64,000 nt of DNA from Eubacterium sp. (GTDB lineage Bacteria > Bacillota > Clostridia > Lachnospirales > Lachnospiraceae), in assembly GCA_036343395.1 (NCBI GenBank), contig JAZASH010000002.1, forward strand, positions 12,425-76,424. Direction: 5' to 3'. Each line of letters starts with the position of its first letter. Within the stretch, counting starts at the first letter, position 1. Below the pieces are notes generated by a model. It was not told the origin of the DNA. It saw only the letters and a list, made by a program, of their open reading frames with translations, and made no database searches. Made by a program: the position numbers and the translations under genes. Shown here piece after piece: positions 18,632-28,668 of this stretch.

Positions 18632-21013
18632 GTGCAGATAAACATACCGAGAGAATACTTTTTAGATGAAGTTAGAGATGGTTTTTTTGTACCTAGCATT
18701 ATGAAGAAGGCCTGGGCTGTCGGACTGTGCGCTTATAAACAGCTTGAAACAATATGCGATAGGCTGGAGATCCCCCTTTTTTTTATTTCCGGTAATCTGC
18801 TGGGGGCGATACGTCACAAAGGGTGTGTGCCATGGGATGATGATATTGATGTTGGGATGCTCCGTGAGGATTATCAAAAGCTATTAAAGTATATTGAGGA
18901 GAATGATCTCCCAGGGGATTATCAACTCCGTGATTATACAATCATGAAAACAGATAATCTGGTTAGAAAATGGATGGATGACCGGAATCCCGTAAAGAAC
19001 ATCGAAAAATGGAAGAATTATCATGGGTTTCCGTTTGTCGGTGTGGTGGACATTGTGTTGATTGATTATCTCCCGGAAGGGAAGGAAGCAATCCAAAGAT
19101 ATAAGGATAATCTTGATATCATACAGGAGGTTAAGGATTACGCTGATAAAAAAGAAGCTAACCAAAAGTATAATCATAGACGGTATCAGGAGGCTCTTTT
19201 TGCACTCGAAAAACTGACCGGGGAGACCTATGATGAGCATAGAGACGGAAAACTTTCTGTATGGGCGTGGAAGATGCTTGATACGTATTGCGGAAGCTTT
19301 GGACCAGATACCTGCAAGGTAGTGGTATTGCTGGTATACTATTTGCTACACGGCGCCAAACCGGTCCCGGATGACTATGTCAAGAACTGTATAGACATGC
19401 CGTTTGAATTCACGACAGTTCGTGTTCCGGCCGGCTATGACAGATACCTTAAGAATTTTTTTGGCAATTATATGTATCCTGTTTTAGATGGGTCGGCGCA
19501 CGCCTATCCCTATTATCGCAGACTTGAAGAGGCATTGGCTGACAACTATGGGATTGAATTACTGAAATACGTCTATGAGGCAGATACTGTCGAGGAGGTG
19601 TTATCTGAAAGAGAAAAAAAACGGACGGTGAAGGAGCAATTAACGGAAGCACTAGGACTTTTCTGCGATGCGCATCGTTTTATCCTTGAGTGGGAGCATG
19701 CGAATGAAGACACGAGTGAGTTGTCTGAAGTATTATCGACATGTCAGGAACTCGCAGTCTGGATAGGCGAAATGATAGAACGACGCATCACGGATACAGC
19801 CGATATCATACATACATTTGAAGAGTATTGTGAATCGGTTTATGAAGTGTTTAGCGCTGTTTGTGAGGGGGATTTGACTAAGGTCCGGCAAGATGATTTG
19901 AAGGAAGTGCTCGGTGGACTGGAGAGAGTGATAGACGATTTTTTGCAGGCTTCCAATGAAATCAAGGAACGAAAAGAAGTCCTGTTTCTCGCGACCACTC
20001 CAAAGGATTGGGAAAGCCTGCATACTATCTGGGAAGCGGCTATGAGAGATGAGGAGTATAGCGTCACGGTTGTTTCGGTTCCCTACTATTATCGAGACGG
20101 CGAAGGGAGAATCGACCCGAATGAAATGGTAATCCATAACGAAGGGTACCCGGAAGATGTCTTTATAATGGATTATAGTACATACGATGTCCCGGGGGTT
20201 CATCCGGATGTCATCGTGATGCAGTGTCCTTATGACGAATTTAGCGATATCATAATGACGGATCCAGGTTTTCATGCTAAAAACCTGGTAAAGTATACAG
20301 ATAAGCTAGTGCTTGTCCCTGCTTTCAAACTCTCCGAGATAGCAGATGATGATGAAAGATCTCGCTACACTCTCGCCAGATACGTTAGAAATCCCGGCTT
20401 TGTATATGCGGATGAGATCATCGTGCAGTCGAGAGGCATTAAGAAGGTGTTTGTTGAATTGCTGAACGATATGACGACGCATATTAACTGGGAGGCGAAG
20501 ATGTTACCGATCGGTACAGCTATAGATGATTGGAAATATGAGAAAAGAAACAGTGGAGATAATGTTAAGAATGTGGTGTACTATTTATCTCCGGGGATTG
20601 TTTATGAATACGGTGAGTCTGTGATCGTTGATTCAAGAGATATTTTGATGTATATTAACAATGAATACAGCGACAGAGTTCGAGTTGTATGGCGACTGGA
20701 TGAAATTACGGAAAGAGTTCTGGATGAGTATCATCCGGGGGTGAGAAATGTTTACAAAAGTGTTCAGGAGGAAGTCGGAGCCTGTGCTTGTGATGGGATT
20801 GATCGTATAGACGGATATATCGGTGATGGGTCACATGAGTATCTGACGTGTACACTAGAAGGGGTTCCGGCTCTGTTGCTGGAAAGAGAAAAGAGATTTG
20901 ATCGTGAAAGGATCGACACCTTTATCAACCGTTTGATGGAGGCGGCTCCGCGGAATAGTGTTAGTTTTGGTAGTAGGATTTGGGAGACGATAGCCACAGT
21001 AGATACAGATTGA
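18632..21013 (+). CDS. LicD-family fusion protein
   Basis: GNLLGAIRHKGCVPWDDDIDVGMLREDY; shared C-terminal domain. Confidence 0.8.
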   Translation: MQINIPREYFLDEVRDGFFVPSIMKKAWAVGLCAYKQLETICDRLEIPLFFISGNLLGAIRHKGCVPWDDDIDVGMLREDYQKLLKYIEENDLPGDYQLRDYTIMKTDNLVRKWMDDRNPVKNIEKWKNYHGFPFVGVVDIVLIDYLPEGKEAIQRYKDNLDIIQEVKDYADKKEANQKYNHRRYQEALFALEKLTGETYDEHRDGKLSVWAWKMLDTYCGSFGPDTCKVVVLLVYYLLHGAKPVPDDYVKNCIDMPFEFTTVRVPAGYDRYLKNFFGNYMYPVLDGSAHAYPYYRRLEEALADNYGIELLKYVYEADTVEEVLSEREKKRTVKEQLTEALGLFCDAHRFILEWEHANEDTSELSEVLSTCQELAVWIGEMIERRITDTADIIHTFEEYCESVYEVFSAVCEGDLTKVRQDDLKEVLGGLERVIDDFLQASNEIKERKEVLFLATTPKDWESLHTIWEAAMRDEEYSVTVVSVPYYYRDGEGRIDPNEMVIHNEGYPEDVFIMDYSTYDVPGVHPDVIVMQCPYDEFSDIIMTDPGFHAKNLVKYTDKLVLVPAFKLSEIADDDERSRYTLARYVRNPGFVYADEIIVQSRGIKKVFVELLNDMTTHINWEAKMLPIGTAIDDWKYEKRNSGDNVKNVVYYLSPGIVYEYGESVIVDSRDILMYINNEYSDRVRVVWRLDEITERVLDEYHPGVRNVYKSVQEEVGACACDGIDRIDGYIGDGSHEYLTCTLEGVPALLLEREKRFDRERIDTFINRLMEAAPRNSVSFGSRIWETIATVDTD

Positions 21014-21068
21014 AACTATGAGAAGGCCAAATCTACGATGCTCTACGCATAGATGGAGGATAGAAAAC

Positions 21069-22031
21069 ATGAAGGTGTCAGTGATCATACCCTGTTATAA
21101 TGTGGAAAACCGTGTCCGTGACTGCTTGGATTCATTGGTGAATCAGACCATAGGTACGGATAAGCTTGAGTTGATCCTTGTGGATGATGCATCGACGGAT
21201 GGTACGGTGAATGTACTAAAGGAGTATGAGAGTCGCTATCCGGATACGATTATGGTGATTCTATGTGAGAAAAACGGTCGCCAAGGGAGGGCGCGAAATA
21301 TCGGAATGAGCTATGCATCGGGAGACTGGATCAGCTTTGTTGATGCAGATGATATGATACATCACAGGATGTACGAGATTCTGTGTGGGATAGCAGAGGA
21401 AAGTGCAGCCGATCTGATCACGCTTTCGTATCGATCAGAACCGGATTTTTTGAACACCGAACCAAGCGAGTCGGAATGTGAATACCAAGTGTATGAATTT
21501 GCTTCGCCGGTGGAACGAAAGGAGTTTGTGTTACGTGGAGATCTGATCAATAATTCCTGCTGGCAGAAGTTTTACAGAGCAGATCTGCTTAGGCGTGCCG
21601 GATGCAATTATGCGGAGGGGGTCTGTTATGAGGAGCCACTCTTTACCTATCCGCTGCGATACTTTGCTGAAAGGGTTGCGGTGACGAAGATTCCGCTGTA
21701 TTACTATCACCTGAACCCAGACGGAACCATCAATCAGACGATGTCTGATCCGTCAACGATCCAGGATCACCTGTCGGTACAGCTGCAACTCCTGGAATTT
21801 ATGAGAAAACAGGACTTTTATGGGATTTATAAAGAAGAAATCGAGCTCAATTTCCTACATTGCTTTATGTATGAGCCTTATGCTTTTCTGCATAATAGAG
21901 GATTTGAATTGCCGGAAAGCCTTATCGGAAAGATTCGTGATATGGTAGATCGACATGTACCGAATTGGCATGAAAACTCGTATCTGGATAGGATCCCTGA
22001 GCTGGAGAGGGAGTACATACTGGGCATATAG
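21069..22031 (+). CDS. GT2 family glycosyltransferase
   Basis: KVSVIIPCYNVE...LVDDASTDGT...GRARNIG...FVDADD...YEEPLF. Confidence 0.9.
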   Translation: MKVSVIIPCYNVENRVRDCLDSLVNQTIGTDKLELILVDDASTDGTVNVLKEYESRYPDTIMVILCEKNGRQGRARNIGMSYASGDWISFVDADDMIHHRMYEILCGIAEESAADLITLSYRSEPDFLNTEPSESECEYQVYEFASPVERKEFVLRGDLINNSCWQKFYRADLLRRAGCNYAEGVCYEEPLFTYPLRYFAERVAVTKIPLYYYHLNPDGTINQTMSDPSTIQDHLSVQLQLLEFMRKQDFYGIYKEEIELNFLHCFMYEPYAFLHNRGFELPESLIGKIRDMVDRHVPNWHENSYLDRIPELEREYILGI

Positions 22032-22065
22032 AGATTAGTTGACGTGCAAGGATGGAGGATTGCTC

Positions 22066-23118
22066 TTGAGTGAGTTGATTGTTGATAAAGAATTCTGTAT
22101 GAGCTCATACCTTATGTATCGATATGTGTATGATCCGTCACGATGCTTTTATGTAGATAGACCATGTCGTCAGGCGAGTTTGGCGTTCAATCGTACCCCG
22201 GTCGGAACCGTAGATGAGCTTTTGGAGGTGTTGAAGAGAATAACCGATGACGCTTATTCGAAAAAAAGCTGTGCTTTGGCACTGAGTGGTGGCATCGATT
22301 CTGCTATTTTGGCATCGCTCGTACCAAAGGGAACAAAGGCATACACCTTTCGATGTGTGGTGCCGGGAGTATCGGTGACAGATGAGTCGGAGACGGCAGC
22401 GGTGTGGGCAAAGATCAACATGCTGGATCACGAGGTGATCGATATCAATTGGGATGATTTGTGTCGTGCTGCAGAAAAATGTATGATGCACAAAAATGCG
22501 CCGATTCATTCGATAGAGGGTCAAATCTATCTGGCAGCGGAAAAAGCGGCAGCAGATGGTATTGGGGGTATAGTTTTCGGTGAAAATGCCGATATTATTT
22601 ATGGCGGAATGGATGGACTCCTGGCAAAAGACTGGACGTACGGAGAGTTTGTGGATCGATATACATATGTGATGCCGTACAAGGTTTTACGATGGTTTAA
22701 AATGCCGATGGAGCCGTACAGAACGTTGTGCGAGGGTGGATGTATTGATGGATATGACTTTACCAATGTGTATTTCCGACAGGAGGCATTGGGAACCTAC
22801 GTGAACGCATGTGAAACGGCAGGGGTGGAGTTTGTTGGACCATATTCACAAACGATGCTTCAAGGTGGGCTCGATCTGGGCCGAGTCCGAAATGGTGACA
22901 CAAAGTATCTGGTCAGGGAACTCTTTTCTAAGTTGTATCCGGATTATACGGCACCTACGAAGATTCCGATGCCTCGTCCGATGGATCAGTGGTTGGGAGT
23001 GTGGGAAGGTCCGAAGAGACCAGAGTTTATCGAGAATTGTGTGAAAGGTATGTCCGGAGATCAGCGATGGATGATCTGGAGTCTAGAACGATATTTGGAT
23101 ATGATGGAGGGAGAATGA
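22066..23118 (+). CDS. Asparagine-synthase-like PP-loop ATP pyrophosphatase (no glutaminase domain)
   Basis: ALALSGGIDSAILA PP-loop; FGENAD and TKYLVRELF motifs; TTG start after GGAGG. Confidence 0.7.
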   Translation: MSELIVDKEFCMSSYLMYRYVYDPSRCFYVDRPCRQASLAFNRTPVGTVDELLEVLKRITDDAYSKKSCALALSGGIDSAILASLVPKGTKAYTFRCVVPGVSVTDESETAAVWAKINMLDHEVIDINWDDLCRAAEKCMMHKNAPIHSIEGQIYLAAEKAAADGIGGIVFGENADIIYGGMDGLLAKDWTYGEFVDRYTYVMPYKVLRWFKMPMEPYRTLCEGGCIDGYDFTNVYFRQEALGTYVNACETAGVEFVGPYSQTMLQGGLDLGRVRNGDTKYLVRELFSKLYPDYTAPTKIPMPRPMDQWLGVWEGPKRPEFIENCVKGMSGDQRWMIWSLERYLDMMEGE

Positions 23119-23119
23119 G

Positions 23120-23530
23120 ATGGTAATCGGCTACACAGCTGGTGTTTTTGATTTATTTCATATTGGGCATCTGAATCTACTCAAAAATGCGAGAGGAATG
23201 TGTGATCGACTAATCGTCGGCGTGACAGTGGATGAACTGGTGATTAACAAAGGCAAACATGCTTTAATCCCTTTTGAGGACAGGATTGAGATCGTGAGGA
23301 GTATCCGCTATGTGGATGCGGTGGTGCCACAGAGAGATATGGACAAAGTGACGATGTGCAAAAAGGTCGGGGCATCTGTCCTTTTTGTTGGGGATGACTG
23401 GTATGGGACGGACAAGTGGAAGCAATACGAGGAGGAATGTGAGAGGACCGGTATCCGAATCGTTTATTTCCCATATACAAAGGGAGTATCTTCGACTTTG
23501 ATTTCCAAGACGTTGAAACAAATGAGATGA
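23120..23530 (+). CDS. tagD: Glycerol-3-phosphate cytidylyltransferase-like (TagD family)
   Basis: GYTAGVFDLFHIGHLNLL...FVGDDWYG...YFPYTKGVSST. Confidence 0.8.
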   Translation: MVIGYTAGVFDLFHIGHLNLLKNARGMCDRLIVGVTVDELVINKGKHALIPFEDRIEIVRSIRYVDAVVPQRDMDKVTMCKKVGASVLFVGDDWYGTDKWKQYEEECERTGIRIVYFPYTKGVSSTLISKTLKQMR

Positions 23531-23574
23531 AACGAGTCCACTGATACCATGTGAGGAATAGTAGGAGGATGGGA

Positions 23575-25011
23575 ATGGATTTGGAACAGCATTTTCAGAA
23601 ATTGCTTAATGAATTGATAGATGGGATCGACAGGGGAGATTTCGACTCGAATGTCGGCATGTCTGATCGCTATACCTATGATCATCTTCGAGCCTTATTT
23701 GCGTATCGTGAAGATCTGGATGGGGCAAAAGACCTTTATGAACAGATTTTTGATCGCGCAGTCGACTATGGGACGAAATATGTGTGCGGAAGGATACGGA
23801 AGGGGGAGAAGGTACGTGTTCGCTTTTTGACGTACTCTGCGGCACAGTGGCAGGCAGAAAAACTATATTGTTTGCTGGCAGAGGATGAGAGGTTTGATGT
23901 TGGTGTAGTTGTAACCGCTTTGATGGAGCGGAGCGCGACGCTGAGGAAGCAGGCATATGACCAGACACTCGACTTTTTTAAGACAAGAGAGTATAAGGTG
24001 TATGGAGGCCACGATACGGATATCGATAAACCGAGGGATTGGGATGAACTGGGTGGCGTACCGGATATACTCATCTGGCTTTCGTCGTGGGTGGAGTCCA
24101 CAGCTCCGGCTTTTCAGGTGTGGAATATGCCTCTGAGGTGCCTGAATATTTATATTCCGTACGGGATATCTCTCGCTGAGAACACAGAAGGCACCTATAA
24201 ACAGGTGTTTACCTACAATAAACCATTTTGTAATGTGATGTGGCGTCTATACACAGATTCCAAGATAAACCTGGAAGGGTATGAAATCCACGAGTTTTTG
24301 CGCGGGAAAAACGTCCGATATTCCGGATTCCCTAAGATGGATAAGCTTTATGAAAAGCGTGATTACTCGGAAAGTGAGATTGTCGAACTGTGGCCGTCGC
24401 CAAAGGACTCCGGGTTACGCAAGAGAGTGATCATAGCTCCCCATTACAGTGTGTTTAAAAACGGTATTGTGCTCCTGTCAACCTTTCATCACAACCTTTG
24501 GTTTTTACTGTATTTGGCAGAAAAGTACGCCGATCAGGTCTCTTTCGTGTTTAAACCTCATCCAAATCTCAAACTGTATGCGGTATCGGCAGGACTATTT
24601 GAGTCGGATGAAGCGTATGATGTCTATATCGGGAAATGGGAGTCGCTTCCAAACGCGAGAGTCGTGCAGGAGGGGGATTACCTCGATCATTTTGCCACAT
24701 CAGATGGTATGATCATGGATAGCGGCTCGTTTGTCGGAGAATACCTGTACACACAGAAGCCGTGCCTGTTTCTGACACGACCGGAACAGCGCTTCAACAA
24801 GCTTGGAGAGACGTGTGTAAATACCTATTACCATGCAGACGGCAGGGACTATGCTAAAATCGAGGCGTTTTTACAGAATGTGATCCTTGATGGCGAGGAT
24901 GAGATGAGGGCATTGAGAAGAGCTGTCTTTGATGAGGCACTGGATTACCGAAAAGAGAACGGGGTGCTGGCAAGCGAGTATATCTATCGGGATATCACCC
25001 GTGAGATGTAG
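23575..25011 (+). CDS. CDP-glycerol glycerophosphotransferase (TagF-like) family protein
   Basis: SGFPKMD...VIIAPHYS...FKPHP...SDGMIMDSGSFVGEYLYTQKP. Confidence 0.75.
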   Translation: MDLEQHFQKLLNELIDGIDRGDFDSNVGMSDRYTYDHLRALFAYREDLDGAKDLYEQIFDRAVDYGTKYVCGRIRKGEKVRVRFLTYSAAQWQAEKLYCLLAEDERFDVGVVVTALMERSATLRKQAYDQTLDFFKTREYKVYGGHDTDIDKPRDWDELGGVPDILIWLSSWVESTAPAFQVWNMPLRCLNIYIPYGISLAENTEGTYKQVFTYNKPFCNVMWRLYTDSKINLEGYEIHEFLRGKNVRYSGFPKMDKLYEKRDYSESEIVELWPSPKDSGLRKRVIIAPHYSVFKNGIVLLSTFHHNLWFLLYLAEKYADQVSFVFKPHPNLKLYAVSAGLFESDEAYDVYIGKWESLPNARVVQEGDYLDHFATSDGMIMDSGSFVGEYLYTQKPCLFLTRPEQRFNKLGETCVNTYYHADGRDYAKIEAFLQNVILDGEDEMRALRRAVFDEALDYRKENGVLASEYIYRDITREM

Positions 25012-25074
25012 CCGCTAACATACGTAAACATTTATCAATGCCTGCACATATAATATCACTATGAGGTGAGCTGC

Positions 25075-26127
25075 ATGAGTAGATATGATGATGAATACAT
25101 CTTTCGATTGGCTACGGTAAATGATATTGAAGATATCATGGCATTTTATGATGCTTATTGGCCAGGGAACAAGATTATGGGGAAGGACAGAAGATATGTC
25201 GAGTGGCAATTTGGGTTGAAGGATTCGGATGCGATATGTGTTTTGCTGGCATTATCGAAACTGGATGGCGATATTATCGGTGCGAAAGGGTTTGTTTCCG
25301 GATCCCCGGTTTTGGAAGGGGCCGATATCTGGGGATGCAGTATCTTAATCAACTCAAATCGTGCTTTGCCCATGCTTGGAATGGAGCTCGATCGCAGAGC
25401 AAGAACAATCATCCCCTACCGAACGCATCTGACTCTTGGAATGAGATCAAATACACTTGCTCTTGCACAGACTGTTTTTGGCAAAAAAACGGGTCGGCTG
25501 GCACATTACTACAGGATTAATCCGAATATAGATGAGTATAGGCTTGCTCTGGTCAATAATACAAACAGCAGTTGCAAGTGCATTTCCAGAGGAAATGCAG
25601 CCCGTATTAGGCTGTATGATAATGCTGATTGGATGGAACAATCCTATGGTGGGGGAGATCCAGATGCAATCCCGTTCAAATCAAAATGGTATATTAGACA
25701 TCATTATTATGAACACCCTATTTATCATTATGATGTGTACGGTATTGAGCGGAACTCAGTGTGCGACGCATTGTTTGTGACAAGAACCATAGAGCATAAA
25801 GGGGCGAGTGCGTTGCGTGTAGTTGATTATATTGGTGATAGAAGTGTACTTTCTTCGGTTGGCACGGGATGGTGTGACATTCTGACAGCGTCTGGGGCTG
25901 AATATATGGATTTTTACGCATATGGTTTTGATGATAGTGTTCTGTCCAAAATCGGATTTTCACGTAGGACGGATGAAGACACCAATATTATTCCGAATTG
26001 GTATGAACCTTTCGTTAGGGAAAACAAAGATATCGCATACGGACTTGAGACGGATGATGATGTAATTCTATGTAAGGCAGATGGTGACATGGACAAGCCG
26101 AATTGGGGATACTACCCGGAAGTGTAG
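25075..26127 (+). CDS. GNAT/FemAB-like fold putative acyltransferase (paralogue of 28669)
   Basis: FRLATVNDIEDIM GNAT-like start; C-terminal IIPNWYEPF...KADGDMDKPN shared with 28669. Confidence 0.5.
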   Translation: MSRYDDEYIFRLATVNDIEDIMAFYDAYWPGNKIMGKDRRYVEWQFGLKDSDAICVLLALSKLDGDIIGAKGFVSGSPVLEGADIWGCSILINSNRALPMLGMELDRRARTIIPYRTHLTLGMRSNTLALAQTVFGKKTGRLAHYYRINPNIDEYRLALVNNTNSSCKCISRGNAARIRLYDNADWMEQSYGGGDPDAIPFKSKWYIRHHYYEHPIYHYDVYGIERNSVCDALFVTRTIEHKGASALRVVDYIGDRSVLSSVGTGWCDILTASGAEYMDFYAYGFDDSVLSKIGFSRRTDEDTNIIPNWYEPFVRENKDIAYGLETDDDVILCKADGDMDKPNWGYYPEV

Positions 26128-26202
26128 TTTGTCATAGGAGGGCATTGCCAGGTCATATCAATCACATAATCAGATAGCATATAAAAAAGTGAGCAAACGA
26201 CT

Positions 26203-26229
26203 TAATATTCGATTGAATCCTGCCGATAT
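26203..26229 (+). promoter_or_regulatory. sigma28 promoter upstream of neuC
   Basis: TAAT-15 nt-GCCGATAT in the intergenic region. Confidence 0.65.
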
Positions 26230-26280
26230 AATTACAAGGAATACGCGCTTGCAAAGCAACTTGATTTGCCGGATTGGTTC

Positions 26281-26309
26281 TTGACAATCCTAAGGAATTG
26301 TAGTAGAAT
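26281..26309 (+). promoter_or_regulatory. sigmaA promoter upstream of neuC
   Basis: TTGACA-17 nt-TAGAAT. Confidence 0.7.
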
Positions 26310-26367
26310 GACAACGATAGCATTGGATAAACGTTCGTAGGGGGTATCCCTACGATAGAGGGAGATT

Positions 26368-27525
26368 ATGAAGGTTCAGAAGGACAGAAAACGAGTTCTT
26401 TTCATTACGGGAACTCGCGCTGACTACGGAAAGATTAAATCTCTCATGAAGCACATGGACGTGCTGGATCAATATGATGTCTATATCTATGTATCTGGGA
26501 TGCATCTTCTCCCGAAGTATGGGAGCACGTACAAGGAAGTACTGAAAGATGGCTATCAAAACGTCTATGTTGCTTTTGGTCAACAGATTTCCGATAACAT
26601 GAGTCTGAATTTGGGAAGCATCCTTACGAGCATGACTTCTTATATTCAGCATATAGAGCCGGATATGATTGTGGTACACGGCGATAGGATAGATGCGCTA
26701 GCAGGCGCTATTGCCGGGGCATTAAATAATATCCTTGTAGCGCACATTGAAGGAGGAGAACTGTCGGGCACGATTGATGATTCGATCCGTCACTCTATTT
26801 CGAAGTTTGCGCATATCCATTTCGTTTGCAATGAGGAGGCGAAAAAGAGAATTATCCAGCTCGGAGAGGATGAGAGCCGCATATTTATCATAGGATCTCC
26901 GGACATTGATGTGATGCTTGGTGACGGACTTCCGAAATTGTCATATTCCAAACTGTATTATGAGATATTTTTTGAAAAATATGGGATCTTCATGTATCAT
27001 CCTGTGACAACGGAATTATATGAGCTTGCATCCCACACCAGTATAGTTGTCGATGCCTTAAAGGAATCGGGAAGGAATTACATAGTCGTATATCCCAACA
27101 ACGATCTGGGAACGGAAATTGTTTTGGAAGCCATTCATGACTTGGAAAACGATGAACATTTCAGAGTGTTTCCGTCCATTCGGTTTGAGCATTTTCTGAC
27201 ATTACTGAAAAATGCGGACTTTATCATAGGAAACTCGAGCGCAGGAATCAGGGAAAGCGGTGTATACGGAGTGCCGGCAATTGATATCGGGAGCAGGCAG
27301 CAGGGCAGGTATGATATACAAGCGTTAAAGAATATTATACATGTTGATGAAGATAAGGATGAGATTCTGTCGGCGATTAATGATGTTGACAGTTATCGGA
27401 TAAAGCAATCTGCATTTGGCAAGGGTGACAGTACAGAACAGTTTATGAGTGTTCTGAATGACGCTACCATATGGAAAAGCCAGATTCAAAAGAGTTTTAA
27501 GGATATTTCCGAAGTTGTAGTTTAG
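26368..27525 (+). CDS. neuC: UDP-GlcNAc 2-epimerase (hydrolysing)
   Basis: FITGTRADYGKIK...GMHLLPKYGSTY...VHGDRIDAL...HIEGGELSGTIDDSIRHSISK...GNSSAGIRE. Confidence 0.92.
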   Translation: MKVQKDRKRVLFITGTRADYGKIKSLMKHMDVLDQYDVYIYVSGMHLLPKYGSTYKEVLKDGYQNVYVAFGQQISDNMSLNLGSILTSMTSYIQHIEPDMIVVHGDRIDALAGAIAGALNNILVAHIEGGELSGTIDDSIRHSISKFAHIHFVCNEEAKKRIIQLGEDESRIFIIGSPDIDVMLGDGLPKLSYSKLYYEIFFEKYGIFMYHPVTTELYELASHTSIVVDALKESGRNYIVVYPNNDLGTEIVLEAIHDLENDEHFRVFPSIRFEHFLTLLKNADFIIGNSSAGIRESGVYGVPAIDIGSRQQGRYDIQALKNIIHVDEDKDEILSAINDVDSYRIKQSAFGKGDSTEQFMSVLNDATIWKSQIQKSFKDISEVVV

Positions 27526-27546
27526 CTTTTGGAAGCGGAGGCGCGT

Positions 27547-28662
27547 ATGGTATATGACGTATCATCGGCTGAAGAGTTTGAATGTGTATTTCGCGAAATT
27601 GTATCCGAAAATGTGTACATAGTCGGGGCCGGTGTGAATGGTGATTTACTTGGACAGTATCTCAACTATTCAGGACATGAATGGTGCGGATATGTCGACG
27701 GGAAAAGAACGAATGTAATGAATGACAAGCCGTGCGTTCATTATTCAGACGAGACTATTGTTCGAGATGCAGTGTTTATTGTTTCGTCCATCGAGTTTGG
27801 CGGATTGATGATTCGAGATCTGGTGAGCAATGGTTTGGGAGATAATAACATCATTCGAATCAGAAAATCGGAATTGGTATATGATCTTTTTGATAAAGCT
27901 ACACATTACCGTGTGTATACGGATAGATTAAAAAGATTCAAGGATATCCATTCCGGCGGACGATGTTTCGTGATTGGGAATGGACCGAGCCTCGCACCCG
28001 GTGACCTGGATCAGATAAGCAATGAGATAACGATAGCCAGCAATTCGGTTTATGCTATTTATCCCTATACCAGTTGGCGGCCCACGTATTATACGACATT
28101 CGATGAAAACTTTTTATTCAGTATTTACTCTAAGCCTGAAAAAAGAGGGATGCTATCGGAGAATTGTCGGGAATTATTTACTGCGGCTAACAGAATGGGC
28201 TTCCAATACAGAAATGAGGAGACGCTGAAGAACGTCAATTATTTTCTGTTTAGCCCCGGGTATCTTACATCGGAGCCGCTTTTTTCCGATGACATCTCGA
28301 AGATAGTGTATGATATGGCGATGGTCACCTATATAAATCTGCAGTTGGCTTGTTACATGGGGATCAAGGAAATATATTTTCTGGGAGTTGATTATTCGTA
28401 CTCGATTGTGTCTGACTCGTCCGGAAAAGTTACAAGAAGGGAAGGATCGGATTATAACGAGATTCTACAGACGGCTGCCAGAGAAGTAATCTGGAAAAAT
28501 CACTATATAACGCGGGAAGATCGACAACTCGAAGGTTTCTTTGCGGCAAAAAAATATGCTGATTCGCATGGGATCAAGATATACAATGCTACGCGTGGAG
28601 GGAAGCTGGAGGTGTTTGAGAGGGTGAAGTTGGATGATATAACAGGATTACATAGGAATTAA
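27547..28662 (+). CDS. Maf/DUF115 (MptE-like) protein, candidate nonulosonic acid flagellin transferase
   Basis: RCFVIGNGPSL...IASNS...EIYFLGVDYSY...IKIYNATRGGKLEVFERV; N-terminal VYIVGAG module. Confidence 0.8.
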   Translation: MVYDVSSAEEFECVFREIVSENVYIVGAGVNGDLLGQYLNYSGHEWCGYVDGKRTNVMNDKPCVHYSDETIVRDAVFIVSSIEFGGLMIRDLVSNGLGDNNIIRIRKSELVYDLFDKATHYRVYTDRLKRFKDIHSGGRCFVIGNGPSLAPGDLDQISNEITIASNSVYAIYPYTSWRPTYYTTFDENFLFSIYSKPEKRGMLSENCRELFTAANRMGFQYRNEETLKNVNYFLFSPGYLTSEPLFSDDISKIVYDMAMVTYINLQLACYMGIKEIYFLGVDYSYSIVSDSSGKVTRREGSDYNEILQTAAREVIWKNHYITREDRQLEGFFAAKKYADSHGIKIYNATRGGKLEVFERVKLDDITGLHRN

Positions 28663-28668
28663 AAAAAT

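Noticed and set aside
23120-25011. Wall teichoic acid operon
   Set aside because: No TagO/TagA/TagB or TagGH exporter in the window; the genes sit within a flagellin-adjacent island
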